Assembly: GCA_003971905.1 (NCBI GenBank)
Contig: RSEE01000109.1
Span: 1-64,000 of the forward strand
Direction: 5' to 3'
Source of the DNA: Moniliella sp. 'wahieum'
Taxonomy: Eukaryota
Length of the DNA stretch: 64,000 nt
Made by a program: the position numbers and the translations under genes. The notes beneath the pieces were generated by a model. It searched no databases, was not told the DNA's origin, and was given only the letters and a program-made list of their open reading frames with translations. Of the stretch, positions 22,926-34,567 are shown one piece after another. The stretch's first letter is position 1, and each line of letters starts with the position of its first letter.

Positions 22926-25069
22926 TCAGTCTCGGTCTATTCGGTGCGAGACGCTCGGGATCAGGTTGGGCACGAGCCGAGGCCGAGGCAGGCGAAGGTA
23001 AAGCAGCTCCGCGCACGGGCGCAGGCGAGTCAGGGTCGGTCGAAACCAACTCCATAGGGGTGCACGAGGAGTAGCTGAGACCGAGGTACGGTCTCGCCAG
23101 CTCCCACTCACGCTCCCGCTCCCACTCCCACTCCCGTCCCCAGTTCCAGTTCCATTTGCGGCCGCGTTTCCTGTAGCCGTTGTTGTGGTCGTTGAAAGCC
23201 GGGTGGCGCTCCTGTTCTCGAGCTTGGGTGGGTTAGGCTTGGAATACAAGTGTGCGCCGGCGGACTTGCGAGCTACCTCGTCCAACGCGGGCGAGTCGGG
23301 AAGGCAGCGTGGGCGTGCGCCGCGATGAAGGTTTGAGGCGGGCGGTGGAAGATGGATCCGAGGGTGGCGGCGTGGAGGAGGAGTTGGTCCAGTAGGGCGC
23401 GGTCCATGCGGTCGGTTTCGGTGTTGATGGCTGGTTTGGGGGCTAGGACAACTTGTTTTGCCGCGCTTGGGTCGGTGGAGAGCATACGCCAGTACATGAA
23501 TCCTCGGTCGCGTACGTCAGGGTTTTCCACTTGCTCCGTAGCTGCTTTGAGAAGCTTGGGTACCATTTCCGATGCCACTGCGGGTCGTTTGAGGAAGAGC
23601 TTGACGGTAGCTGTGAGCAGGGCCAACTGAACCTCTGCCGGTTCGTCCAGGAAACCAAACAAAAAGTCCTCTAGCAACTCGTCGGCATTTTCAATCCGTT
23701 CCGCATACTCGCCCAAGATCCAGATCATGGCTGCCTTGGCCTCCATTTGGTCGAGCAAGTCGAGGTGGGCACAGAGACGTGGGATGGCGCCCTCGATTGG
23801 TTGGGGTACTTTCGGAAAATGTCCTTGAGCACCACGACGGCCTCTTGTACTACGTAGCTCACACCCGTCTCGACGAGTTGGAGCAGAGTGTGGACACAGG
23901 CATCGGCGCCTGCTGCGATTGATGGCCAACCGGCCAATGGACCGAACGGCCTTGCGAACAAAATCAATGTCCACCTCGGTAGCGTACTCGTGCAGTTCCA
24001 CGAGCACTTGACGAATGTTGGCCTCGGTGGTGAGGCGGTAGATGATTTCGAGCTTGGCCATCTTGACGTAAATCGGGTCATTGTATTTACAGAAAAAGAT
24101 ACGCACCTCGTTACGGAGGACGAGTGGGCGGCGTTGGATGATGAGAAGAATGTTGCGCAAGGCGACATACTGTACCTCGGGACCGCGGTTGAGCAGGGTC
24201 ATGAGTGGCGGACTCATTTTGCGCGCTAGCGCCTCCTTGACCTCGGCCGAGGCAATGTAATTCATCAGGTACAGCACTACCTTGGCTGCTGTCAGCACCA
24301 CGGCCGAGTTGGCCGAGCTGAGCCGGACTGCGACGCGTTCCGCCAAGATTTCCGCGTCGGCCACGTCGGTAGGCACAAAGAACAGCAGCGACTCGAGGAT
24401 GTACACTTGGCCCCACTCGGACGTGTCGGGGAGCGCCGAGACGAGTTTGGAGGCGACAGTGAGGTTGAGTTTGAGCTGGATGTTGTCGCTGCGCTCGGAG
24501 ATCTCGGTAAGCGCGGCGACCGCATTGGCCACGACGGTTGCGTTCGAGTCGGCGAGCAGATCGCGCAGGCGCGCAATGAGGTGGTGCTTGTCGGCCAGCT
24601 TGCGGTCGGCCATGTAACCTTGGCGACGGCGATGGCGGTGTCTTGCGCACGTAGGGGTCGGCGTCGCGGAGGGGTCTGGAGGGGGTCGATGAGCGCGTCG
24701 GTGATGACGGGCACCTGGATGGAGGACATGGTGCGGATGGCGAGGGCGCGGATGAGCGGGTTGCGGTCGTGGCAGTCGCTGAGGAAGGCGGGCACGGCGG
24801 AGTGGGCGAGCTCGTGGCGCGGGCGGGCGTAGTTGATGAGGTAGAGGTAGACCATCTTCTTGATGTCGAGCACCTGGATGTTCATGCAGGCGACGACGGC
24901 GGCAAAGAGGGAGCTCATGTCGTTGCCCATGGTCATGTTGGCGACGATCTTCTTGAGGCGGCCTTGCGGCGCGCCCAGGCCTTGTCCTTTTGTCGTCGGT
25001 GAGCTCGGCCTTGAGGTCGGCGGCGCGCTCGCGGACGAAGAACTTGGCGTCGCGCGCGGACTCGGCCAT
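22926..25069 (-). CDS. APL1: Adaptor protein complex beta subunit, probably AP-2 beta (frameshifted)
   Basis: DAKFF, LKKIVANMTMGNDMS, IKKMVYLYLINY, DRNPLIRALAIRTM, VVANAVAALTEI, EWGQVYILE, PEVQYVALRNI, FFCKYNDPIYVK, EYATEVDIDFVRKAVRSIG, NPDVRDRGFMYWR. Short C-terminus typical of fungal Apl1. Confidence 0.85.
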
Positions 25070-25265
25070 GGGGGTGGTGGGGGTATTGTGGGGGTATGTT
25101 GTGGGGGCTGCGCAGGCGGTGGAGTCGGGCGGCGGCGGGCGGAAATCGCAGGGCGGAACGGGGCGGCGGGGCGGGCGGGTTTCTGTTGTCGGCGAAGAAG
25201 AATTAAGAAGACGCATTTCTCGCGCCTCCTCGCCTCCTCCGTCCCCGCCGCTTCGTTCGTCCACG

Positions 25266-27785
25266 ATGGCTGGAGCTGTGCTGCGTGCTGCCGCGCCGCG
25301 TCCGCCGCCCGCCCGCCGCCGCCGCCACGCGCGCCCTCGCCACCGCCGCCACCGCCGCCCCACCACCGCCGCCGCGCCCGCCTACCCCGCCCTGCTCGCC
25401 CAGCTCGAGCGCGTCCGCGCCATCCTCGGCCGCCCCTCACCCTGTCCGAGAAGATCCTCTATGCGCATGTCCGCGACCCCGTCGCCGCCTTCGAGGGCGC
25501 CGGCCCCGACCCCAGCGCCGTCCGCGGCTCCCGCTACCTCCAGCTCAGCATCGACCGCCTCGCCATGCAGGGTGCGTTCTCTCCCTCCCTCCTTCCCCGA
25601 TCTGACTCCCCCCTCCGCTGCTGCCCATACTGACTCCCCCCGCCGCCCGCCGCAGACGCCTCGGCCCAGATGGCCCTGCTCCAGTTCATGACGTGCGGCC
25701 TGGAGCGCGTCGCGATCCCCTCGTCGGTGCACTGCGACCACTGATCCAGGCCTACCAGGGCGCCGACGCTGACCTGGCTCGTGCCCAGGAGACCAACGCC
25801 GAGGTGTTTGCCTTTTTGCGCTCGGCCTGCGCCAAGTACGGCATCGAATTCTGGCCGCCCGGATCGGGCATCATCCACCAGATGTCCTTGAGAACTATGC
25901 TGCGCCCGGTATGCTCATGCTCGGCACCGACAGCCACACGCCCAACGCCTCGGGTCTCGGCGGCTTGGCCATCGGCGTGGGTGGTGCAGATGCAGTGGAC
26001 GCCATGACGAATACCCCCTGGGAACTCATGGCGCCAAGGTGCTCAATGTGCACCTGACGGGCGAGCTGAGCCCATGGTGCTCGCCCAAGGACGTCATTCT
26101 CACCCTGGCCGGCCTACTTACCGTGCGCGGCGGCACGGGCAAAATCCTCGAGTACGGGGCCTGGGCTCCTGAACATGCCCGCTACAGGTCTGGCAAACCA
26201 TGTCCAACATGGGTGCCGAGGTGGGCGCACGACATCGGCCTTCCCCTACTCGGCCAAGATGGGCGAGTACCTCCGCGCGACGGCCGCGAGCACGTGGCCA
26301 GCCAAGCGGAGCAAGCTGCTGCCCAGGCTACCTTTCCGCCGACCAAGATGCGCAGTACGACGACGAGGTGCACATTGACCTGTCGAAGCTGGAGCCTACG
26401 CTCAACGGTCCTTTCACCCCGGACCTGTCCACTCCGCTCTCGCAATTTGTCGCGCGCGCCAAGGAGGACAGCCGGCCTCACCCGGTCGAGCTGACCGCCG
26501 CCCAGATTGGTTCGTGCACCAACAGCTCGTATGCTGATCTGGCGCGGTGCGCGTCGCTTGCGCGTCAGGCTACCGCGGCGGGCCTCAAGGCCAAGGTACC
26601 ATTTGATGTGACTCCGGGATCGGAGCGTGTGCGCGCGACAATTGAGCGCGATGGTTTGAGGGGGACTTGACCGCGGCCGGTGCGCGTGTTGGCCAATGCG
26701 TGTGGACCCTGCATTGGCCAGTGGAAGCGTACGGACCACCAGGGCGAGCAGAACGTGATCCTCACCTCGTTCAACCGGTAACTTCAAAGGTCGCAACGAC
26801 GGTAACGTCCAGACGTGGAACATGCTTACTTCGCCCGAACTTGTTACCGCCATGGCGTTTGCCGGACGTGTGGATTTCAATCCGATGACCGACTCGCTTC
26901 CCACTCCCGAGGGGAAGCAGTTCCGCTTCGCCCCGCCCGAGGGGGACGTGCTGCCGACCAAAGGGTACGACTGGGTGACCAATCTCTGACTCCGGCTGCC
27001 AACCCTGCGCCTCAGCCGAAGTGGCAATTGCCATCTCGCCCGAATCGGAACGGCTCGAGGTACTGCAACCGTTCTCGTCGCCGTTTAAGAATGGGCAGTG
27101 GGAGTTACCGCCCATGCGTACTTTGCTGCGCATCCGCGGCAAGTGCACCACCGACCACATTTCCGCGCCGGGCCTTGGCTCAAGTACAAGGGCCACCTGT
27201 CGAACTTGGCGGAGAACACGCTGATTGGCGCGTCGAACGACCAGACGGGCAACGTCAACTCGGCGGTGTGGACTACCAGACGGCGAGGAGGCGACATTCC
27301 ACAATTGCCAAGCGGTACCGCGACCGTGGCCAGGCATGGGTCTTGGTTGCGGACCACAACTACGGTGAAGGTTAGCGCGGGAACACGCTGCGCTCCAACC
27401 GCGTTTCTTTGGGTGCAACCTGGTTGTGGCTCGGTCGATTGCTCGGATTGCGAGACGAACCTGCGAAGCAAGGTGTTCTCACGCGCTCTTTGCCAACGAG
27501 GACGATTACCTCAAGATTGGGCAGGGGGATCTGGTCGAGACGGTCAACCTCAAGGACCTGATTGACCCGGTGAAGGGTTGCTCGATACCCAGGTGCGACT
27601 CAAGGTGACCAAGTTTCGCCCTCGGGCGAGGTGAAGGAAACGCTAGAGATTCCTACCAAGCACTCGCTCTCTGCCACCACCTTGCCTGGATCCGTGCCGG
27701 TTCGGCATTGAACTTGATCCGTGAGGCGGAGGCCAAGAAGTCGGTTCCGCTACTGCTGCGGTGCCCACGGGCGCGCGGGCGATGA
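25266..27785 (+). CDS. ACO2: Mitochondrial aconitase paralogue, Aco2/homocitrate dehydratase type (intron about 25572-25654; frameshifted); probably continues into mL40
   Basis: [33 protein letters not shown], Fe-S ligands GSCTN and [18 protein letters not shown]. Aco2-type residues WLKYKGHL and GEGSAREH (Aco1 has KFRGHL, GSSREH, DAT). C-terminal WIRAGSALN. Confidence 0.9.
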
Positions 27786-28459
27786 GCACGTTTGCGCGTG
27801 CGATGGGTACGCGCGGTCTGCACAACGTCGGCCGCTACGCGTTCCGGCACAAACGCGAGACGCGGGTCAGTCGCTGAACCCTTCTGACCCACGGTACGTG
27901 GCGCCGAGACGGATTCGCGGAGCAGAGCATTGTCGACCTTACCTTCCGCTTGTGCCGAAGGAGAAGAACAACATTGCGCATGACCCGTATGCCAAGCGCT
28001 TGGCCGTCGCCGAGGAGAAGCTGCCCTATGGTCCCGAAGTGCACGTGACGATCGTGCGTGCCTACCTGCTCCACCAGAGCGTGAGGGAGAAGCTGCAGGC
28101 GGACCTGCTGACCAAGTACCATGCTATGAAAGCGGGTGCGATGACCTCAAGACGTCCTTCCGCTCTTGCACCAGGCGCGAGCAACGTACCGGCCCACCCC
28201 ACAAGCCCGACGAGGTGGCCCGGTTGAAGCGGTACGGTCTGACGCCCGGTGCGCAGCTGATTCCCGAGTCGGAATGGAACGAGGAGACCAAGGCAACGCC
28301 CACCGTCTGCGTCCGATCTGGTCGTCCCCCTTCGGCACGGTCAAGGTGGTGCAGCAGGGCGGACGCCGTCGTCGGTCTCTTCCCGCGCGAATGGCGCCTC
28401 CCACCAAGACGCCTCGCCGCGAAGGCTGGCCGTCCTTCTCGGAGCCGGACCAGTTTTGA
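27782..28459 (+). CDS. MRPL28: Mitochondrial ribosomal protein mL40 (MRP-L28 family) domain abutting or fused to aconitase
   Basis: Frame-stitched EVHVTIVRAYLLHQ..REKLQADLLTKYHAMKA.CDDLKTSF.LLHQA and GLFPREMAPPTKTPRREGW align by eye with yeast Mrpl28 (HQTIEKCW..RERRNLQLELQYKSI..FPMEMKVPTDFPP..W, recalled). Preceded by an Arg/Ala/Ser/Thr-rich presequence-like segment. Confidence 0.75.
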
Positions 28460-28830
28460 GGTCAGACGCCGGGGAGTGGGCCCCGAAAAGAGACGGAATC
28501 GATCGATGCGCTCGTTATGTGTTGTGGTGTGGGTGGGTGGAAGAGGGTGGAGGGCAGGTAGGTAGATGGATAGTGGATGGATAGATGGATGGATGGAGGA
28601 GGGTACACAGGCGGGAGGGTGCTTTGCTTTTGGGTAGGTTGTAGCACGTGATGAAGATGATTCATGCATCATGCATCATCCATCATCCATGGCGCAAGAA
28701 CAAGAACGTCGGCCGGGCGAACCGACGAGCCATAGCGCCAACCCATCGCCATCGCCATCGCCATCGCCAGCTGCGGTGGGCCATCGATGCTTGGGCGCGT
28801 GTGTCGTGTGGCGACGAGGTCAGCGGTGCG

Positions 28831-31763
28831 TTACGAGTGTATCCAGCGACAACGGAGCATGAGCCACAGCCTCGTTATCGCACGCGTTCGACACGGGCAT
28901 CCACCTCGCGGCGCAAGTGAGCTCGAGACGCCCGGGCTGACCGGGCAGGGACTGACGGGACACTGTGTGCCGTGCACCGCTGGAGCGCCCGCGCTCGGCA
29001 CCGAGGAGACCACACGTTGTTCCGTGAGCTCAACCATCTCAGTGCGGGGCTGGGCTACGGCACCCAGCCGCCCCCAAGACCAAGAGTGGGAAACTGTCCA
29101 CGCGTCCGCGGACCGAGGCTGCATGGCGGATCCTGCCGCGCCCAGGCCCAGGCGGACCCTACGGCAGCCTACTTTGACCCGCTTGCCCTGGCTACCGAGG
29201 GGGAGGGCGCGACGTTCCCCCTGCTCAGCAAACAGTTTACTTTAAGAACTACGTGGCGACCATTGCGTTTACCAATGCTCTGCCGTCCTGGCCGAGGAGA
29301 ATGGGTCACCATCCGCAGCTCGTGGTCGAGTGGGGCCATGTGGGCGTGGCGTGGTGGACGCATGCGGTGGGCGGGGTACGTGCATTCCGGTGTTGCTAAG
29401 ATCGCCCAGAGGGTGTGGGAGAAGGCGGGGAGGGGAGGGGAGGCAAATGGAACAGAGGACTGAGTTTTACTGACCCTCTTCTATCTAACCTCGATCTGGC
29501 GTAGCTGCATAAAAACGATTTCATCATGGCGGCCAAGACAGACCAACTGGGTCAACATGTGGAGGGCATTCGGCTTGAGAATCTAAAATCCATCTCTGTC
29601 TCTTCATTTCTCGGTGCTCGACAGACAGGGTGGGTGGGGGTTAGGGGTTGGGGATTGGAAGTTGGACGTTGGGAAGAGGCGGGGAAGAGGGGCGTGGTCT
29701 TCCAGCGACTCAGCGCGCCGGACCAGGAGCAGGGGGGAGGAGAGGGCCGGTGGGCACGGTGCTCATGGCCTGGGACAGACGGAAAGCTTCGGCGACTTGG
29801 ACGCTTCCGGGACCCAATCCGCCTCAAACGTTCGCTCCTCGCGTAGTCGCGTCCCATGCCACTTGCCGCACTGCTGGCGCCGAGTGCGCGCGGACCGACC
29901 AAGCGCTCGAGATCGCGCGCACTACTCGCCACACACTCCTCCAACGTCGTCCCTGGGTCCGAGGCGAACCGGATCAAAAAGTCTCGGATCGACGCATGGT
30001 TCCGCACCGAGGCCGCCATGCCGGCAATCTGGTAAGTCAGTACCACAAGTAACGAGAGCAGGCGCAAAAAGTGGGCTGGGGGAGGGGGGAAGGGGAGGAG
30101 GGGAAGGAGAGAGAGGAAGAGGAAGAAGGAGAATCAACAACGTACCCGTTCGTCGATCTCGGCAATTTCCCGCGACGCAATCGACTGGGCATCAAAGCCA
30201 GCATACACATCGTGTGCCCGACGGAGGTAGTCGAGGTTGTCCAGATCCATCTCAAGGTCGTAGGCATGTTCCGCTCGTGGCCGGCACATCGGTCCGGATC
30301 CAGTACTCGATCACCAAGGGGGGCACGGGCTGGAGGAGACGAATGATCATCTCGGGCAGATGATGGAAGGAGACTTTGGCCGTTTGAAACAGCTGCTGGA
30401 GCGCCTCGTCGCACTTGACCATTCTCCGATCTTGTTCGTCCAAGAGTTGTGGTCGCGGATGTAGGCCCAAAGTGCTTCCATCACCTCGGTCCGCGTGCCC
30501 TGGCGCAGATCCAAAAGCTTGGCAAACGGCGGATGCAGAGCAAACTCTTCCCGATTCGAGGCGGGTAGAGATGCACCTTGGCCTTGACGGGTGCATCCCC
30601 ATTGCGCGTAATCTCAAACCCGTCCACGCCGGGCTGACCAAGCCCCTCGGGCGTCTGCTCCCACTTGATCACATTGCCCCCGTCGTTGTACAGCGTCGCA
30701 TCCCGCTCTAGCTCTACCACCACCATCTTGACCAGCTTGGAGAACTTGGGGGGCTCCGCTTCGCTTACCCCTTCCTGCCCCTCCGGGGGGAGGAGACGGC
30801 CTTGGATCTTCAGCGTCCAAGAAGGCGCAGCGGGGGGCGGGACCTGGTCTGGTTTTTGACCCGGAGCGTCCTCTCTTCAATCGGCTCTTGAGGCTGCTGT
30901 GGGGGTTGGTCCTGGGGTTGCTCCTGGGGCGGGTGGTCCTGAGGCGGCTCTTGGGGCTGATCTTGAGCCTGCTCCTGAACTGCTCCTGCGGTGTTTTGAG
31001 TCTGCTCCTGCGCCTTCTCCTGATCCTTTTCTTGTGCCTGCTCTTGTGCCTGCTCTTGGGCCTGCTCTTGGCCTGCTCTTGGGCCTGCTCCTGCTCCTGC
31101 TCCTCTCCTTGCCCGATGGCTGAGGCTGAGGCTGAGGCTGGACCTGCCACGCCTGGCCAGCCACAGTGTTAGAGAGAAGAGACGGAGAGTGCGTCGGATA
31201 TGAGGAGTGCCTGGCGCTGCTGCAAGCTCTGGAGCAGTTCAGCGCGTTTGCGCGCGACAGTCCAGTCGAGCTGGCGTTCCAGTGTACGCAGTTGAGCGTG
31301 CAGCTCACTTTCAGGCACGTACCCACGCACTGCACGGCAACGACCGGTCGGTTGTCCGGCCGCGCTTGGCTACGCGCAACCCTTCGCCCATGAGACTTTC
31401 GAGCGCACTGCGCTTGAGCACCTGTGCCGTACGTGCTTCTGCTCGGCGGCCAGTTGCTGCGCCGCCGCCGCCCGGTTGGCCGCCTCGTTGCGGAGCCTGG
31501 TGGGGCCACGGCGCGCGCCGGCTGGGCTTGGGCGTGGGATCGAGCTTGTGCTGTGCCTGGGCTTGGGCTTGGGCTTGGGCTTGAGCCTGAGCTTGGGCTT
31601 GGGCTTGAGCTTGAGCTTGGGCTGGGCCTGGGCTTGGATGGCCATGGCGCGTTGGGCATGCTGTGCGGGGTGGGCTTGGGCTTGGGCCTGGGCATGTGCC
31701 TGAGCCTGCGCCTGGGCCTGTGCCGGGCTGGGCCTGGTATGCTGGGCCCTGCATGGCGTTCAT
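28831..31763 (-). CDS. SNF12: SWI/SNF-RSC SWIB-domain subunit (Snf12/Rsc6/BAF60 family); 3' end uncertain
   Basis: LERQLDWTVARKRAEL, WTLKIQGRL, KFSKLVKMVVVELERD, DGFEITRNGD, SWIDEQDRR(M)VKCDEALQQLF, VIEYWI, IRDFLIRFASDP..VASSARDLE. Q/A-rich N-terminus. Confidence 0.8.
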
Positions 31764-32080
31764 GGTGGCCAGCACGGCGAGGACGGTTGTGGAGGTGGCG
31801 GGGACGAGGGTGGAGACGGCCAGCGAGCGCGTCGCGCTGCTCGCGACGGGCAGACTAATTCCGCCCTGCCTTCCGCTTGGGACGCCTCCGGCTGTAACCC
31901 TATGGCCTAGTCCCATCATTCGAAGGGTGATAGTATGTGACCGCACGCATCACCGCTGTGTCACAGTGCATTGGGGGCTGTGGGGCACTCAGAATCACCT
32001 GGCCGTCTGCGGCTCCCACTTGTCCTTCGCATCGCCTCGCTCTCGTCATCACCATCATCATCGTCGTCGTCGTCGTCACG

Positions 32081-34290
32081 TCAGTCGTCGCCGAGAGTGT
32101 GTTGTCTCGCCCAAGTGCTGGCCCGGCACGGACGCCGGCGCATCGTACGCTCCGCCGTCGTACTCTGCGCCTGCATCCTCCAGCTCCATCTCGGTCGCCA
32201 CTCCTGCGTAGCCGTCGGTCGTGGCGCGCCAGCGGATGGGCCAGCAGCTGCCGCCGCCCGCTGGGTAATCCAGTACATGGGCACGCCAGCCAAGACAAAC
32301 GCGAACGCCGCTAGCGCCTCGAGCGGGGCAGCAAAGATGGGCATCAGTAAGAGGAAGAGCGCGACGCTGAATAGGATGGGTGTGGTGAGCCACGTCTGCA
32401 CAAAACACCGTAGGTAGTAGGTAGGTTAGGTGGCGCAACCCGCATGCAAGGCAGAGGGAAGCAGGAGAGAAAAGAGAGAAAAGAGAAAAGAGACAGAGAC
32501 CGAGGTGGACGACATACCTTGTACGGCCGCTCCCATGCCGACTCTTTGACGCGCAGCACCAACAGTCCCATCACCGTAGCAAAGTACCCGCCCCAGGAAC
32601 AGACGCCATAAAAGTTGACCATCGAACTGAACCCGTCGCCGACCAAGACAAAGATGCACATCAGTGTCATTTCCAGTAGGATGGCGCGAATGGCTGTCTT
32701 GCGCCGTGGGTGAACCGCGGCAAAGAACGGTCCGCCAGGCAGGTACCCTTCGGAGGGGCGGTGGAAATGAGCCGGGCGGTGGTGATGAAGGACGCGTTGA
32801 GTGCGCCAAAGCACGAGAAGGCGACGAGCGAAGCGAAAACACGCCCCCGACACCACCTAGCACCGTTCGTCCGAAATCCAGAGCGACAGTATTGGTCTTG
32901 GCTACCGCAGCGGCGGCAGGACGAGAAAGTACGAGGTGACAGTTAGGAGGGAAGAAGACCAAGACGACCGAGAGGGACCAGTGGATGACGCGGGGCAAGT
33001 CCCGCTTGACATTCTTCATTTCGCCCGCAATGTAGCACACTTGGTCCCACCCGTCAAACGCCCAGAGACCACTGTAAAGCGCAAGAGCATACGAGCCCCA
33101 CGAGGTACTGCTCCCGGAAACAAGTTGTGGACACTGGAGAAGGCCACGCGCGACTCTTGTGGCATCTGGCCACGTGCGACCTGGACAATCGCAAAGATTG
33201 GGATGGCCGCCAAGGCAAGCAGCTTCAAGGTCGTAGTGAGGTTCTGCAAGCGCGTGCCCAAGCGGGCCGAGAAGCAATGAACAATGGCGAGGAGGATGAT
33301 CAGCGATACGGCAATCACTTTGGACATCCAAACAGGCAGTTCCTCCACTGCCAACGCCTGCGCGTGCACCCCAGCGGAGGCGGAAGTAGCAGCAGATGCA
33401 GAACCAGAGGCAGAACCAGAACCAGAGTGCGAAAGTGGGGGTTGGTCGTGCTTGCGGAAATGGAGGACGATGCGAGCAATGTACTCGCCAAAGATGATGG
33501 CAATGATCGCACCGCCGCCCGGCTTGAGGGCGGTAATGGCGGTCCAGCTAAAGAGGTAGGAAGGCAGGGCGCCCAAACTGAAGAAAAGGTAGCTCTGTGC
33601 GCCGCCGTTGGGGGATCATGGCGCCTAGCTCGGCAAAGGAAGCTGCGCCGGTCCAGGCCAGGAAGCCACTTAGGATCCAGACACACAGCGACGCACCCAC
33701 CGATCCAGCACGCAGCGTAAGCACCCGGGCGAACTAAAAATGCCCGAGCCCACTTGCATTCCGATGGTCAGCGCAATGCCATCAAACAGGTTGATGCGCT
33801 TGGAGGCGGTGGGAGGAGGGGTGAACTCGGTGGGGGCAAAGCGGAGGTTGGGGCCGGCGCGTGCGGATGCAGGGAAGGAGGAGGAGGAGCCATGGGGATT
33901 CGGGGAGGAAATGAGCCGGTCCGAGGCGTACGTCCTGCCGCCGTCCTCCAAGGATTCGTCGGCAGCCGACAGGGATAATGGCAGGAGATGGTCGCGGAAA
34001 TTGAAGCTGAGTGCATCGACACTGGCCCTGCCCAAGGCGGTGGCGGCATGGAGGACGTGGCTGTTGGAGGCGGGGGGGTGGGAGGCGGAGGCGCCGGGGG
34101 GCGGCGCTGGTGCGGACTGGGAGGCTGCTGGTGGGGCGGGAGGGGCGGATGGATCGGGCGCGTCAAAGACGACGAGGCTGTAGGCGGCGGGAGGGGCGTC
34201 GAAGGCGTGGGGGGCAGCGCCGGCGAGGGAGGGCGTGTTGGGTATGTTGGCGTGTGCGATTGCCTCGCCCACCTCGTCGCGCGGGGGCAT
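32081..34290 (-). CDS. APC-superfamily LAT-type amino acid transporter (intron about 32397-32517)
   Basis: GIALTIGMQVGSGIFSSPG, YLFSWT..LKPG..AIIAIIFGEY, ALYSGLWAFDGWDQVCYIAGEMKN.KRDLPR, GLLVLRVKE..ERPYK/TWLTTPILF. Confidence 0.9.
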
Positions 34291-34299
34291 GTCTGGGTT

Positions 34300-34385
34300 G
34301 GTGGAGGTGGTGGTGGTGGTGGTGGAGGTGGTGGTGGAGGAGGAGGAGGAGGAGGAGGAGGAGGAGGAGAGGAGAAGGAGGAGGC
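34300..34385. repeat. (GGT)n/(GGA)n trinucleotide tract in the transporter 5' leader
   Basis: Read directly. Confidence 0.9.
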
Positions 34386-34567
34386 CAGAGGCGGCGCGGC
34401 GCGGAATTGGCGGGCGTCTTCGTTAACCCCCACAGGCCGGTGGTGTGCTCCACGCTGTCCCAGTCACACGTGCGAGCAGGCGAGCGAGGGGCGTGACGTG
34501 GCCGCCGCTGCCTTCTTCTTCCAGCTCAACACGGCGCGTGCACGCCATCCCCACCGCCTCGCCCGCC

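Noticed and set aside
22926..23300. Beta adaptin lacks a C-terminal appendage domain
   Set aside because: This is normal for fungal AP-2 beta subunits.
4700..27785. Lysine-pathway gene cluster (Lys5-type PPTase plus Aco2, with amino acid transporters nearby)
   Set aside because: The two genes are about 19 kb apart with unrelated genes between them, and no other alpha-aminoadipate pathway gene is present.
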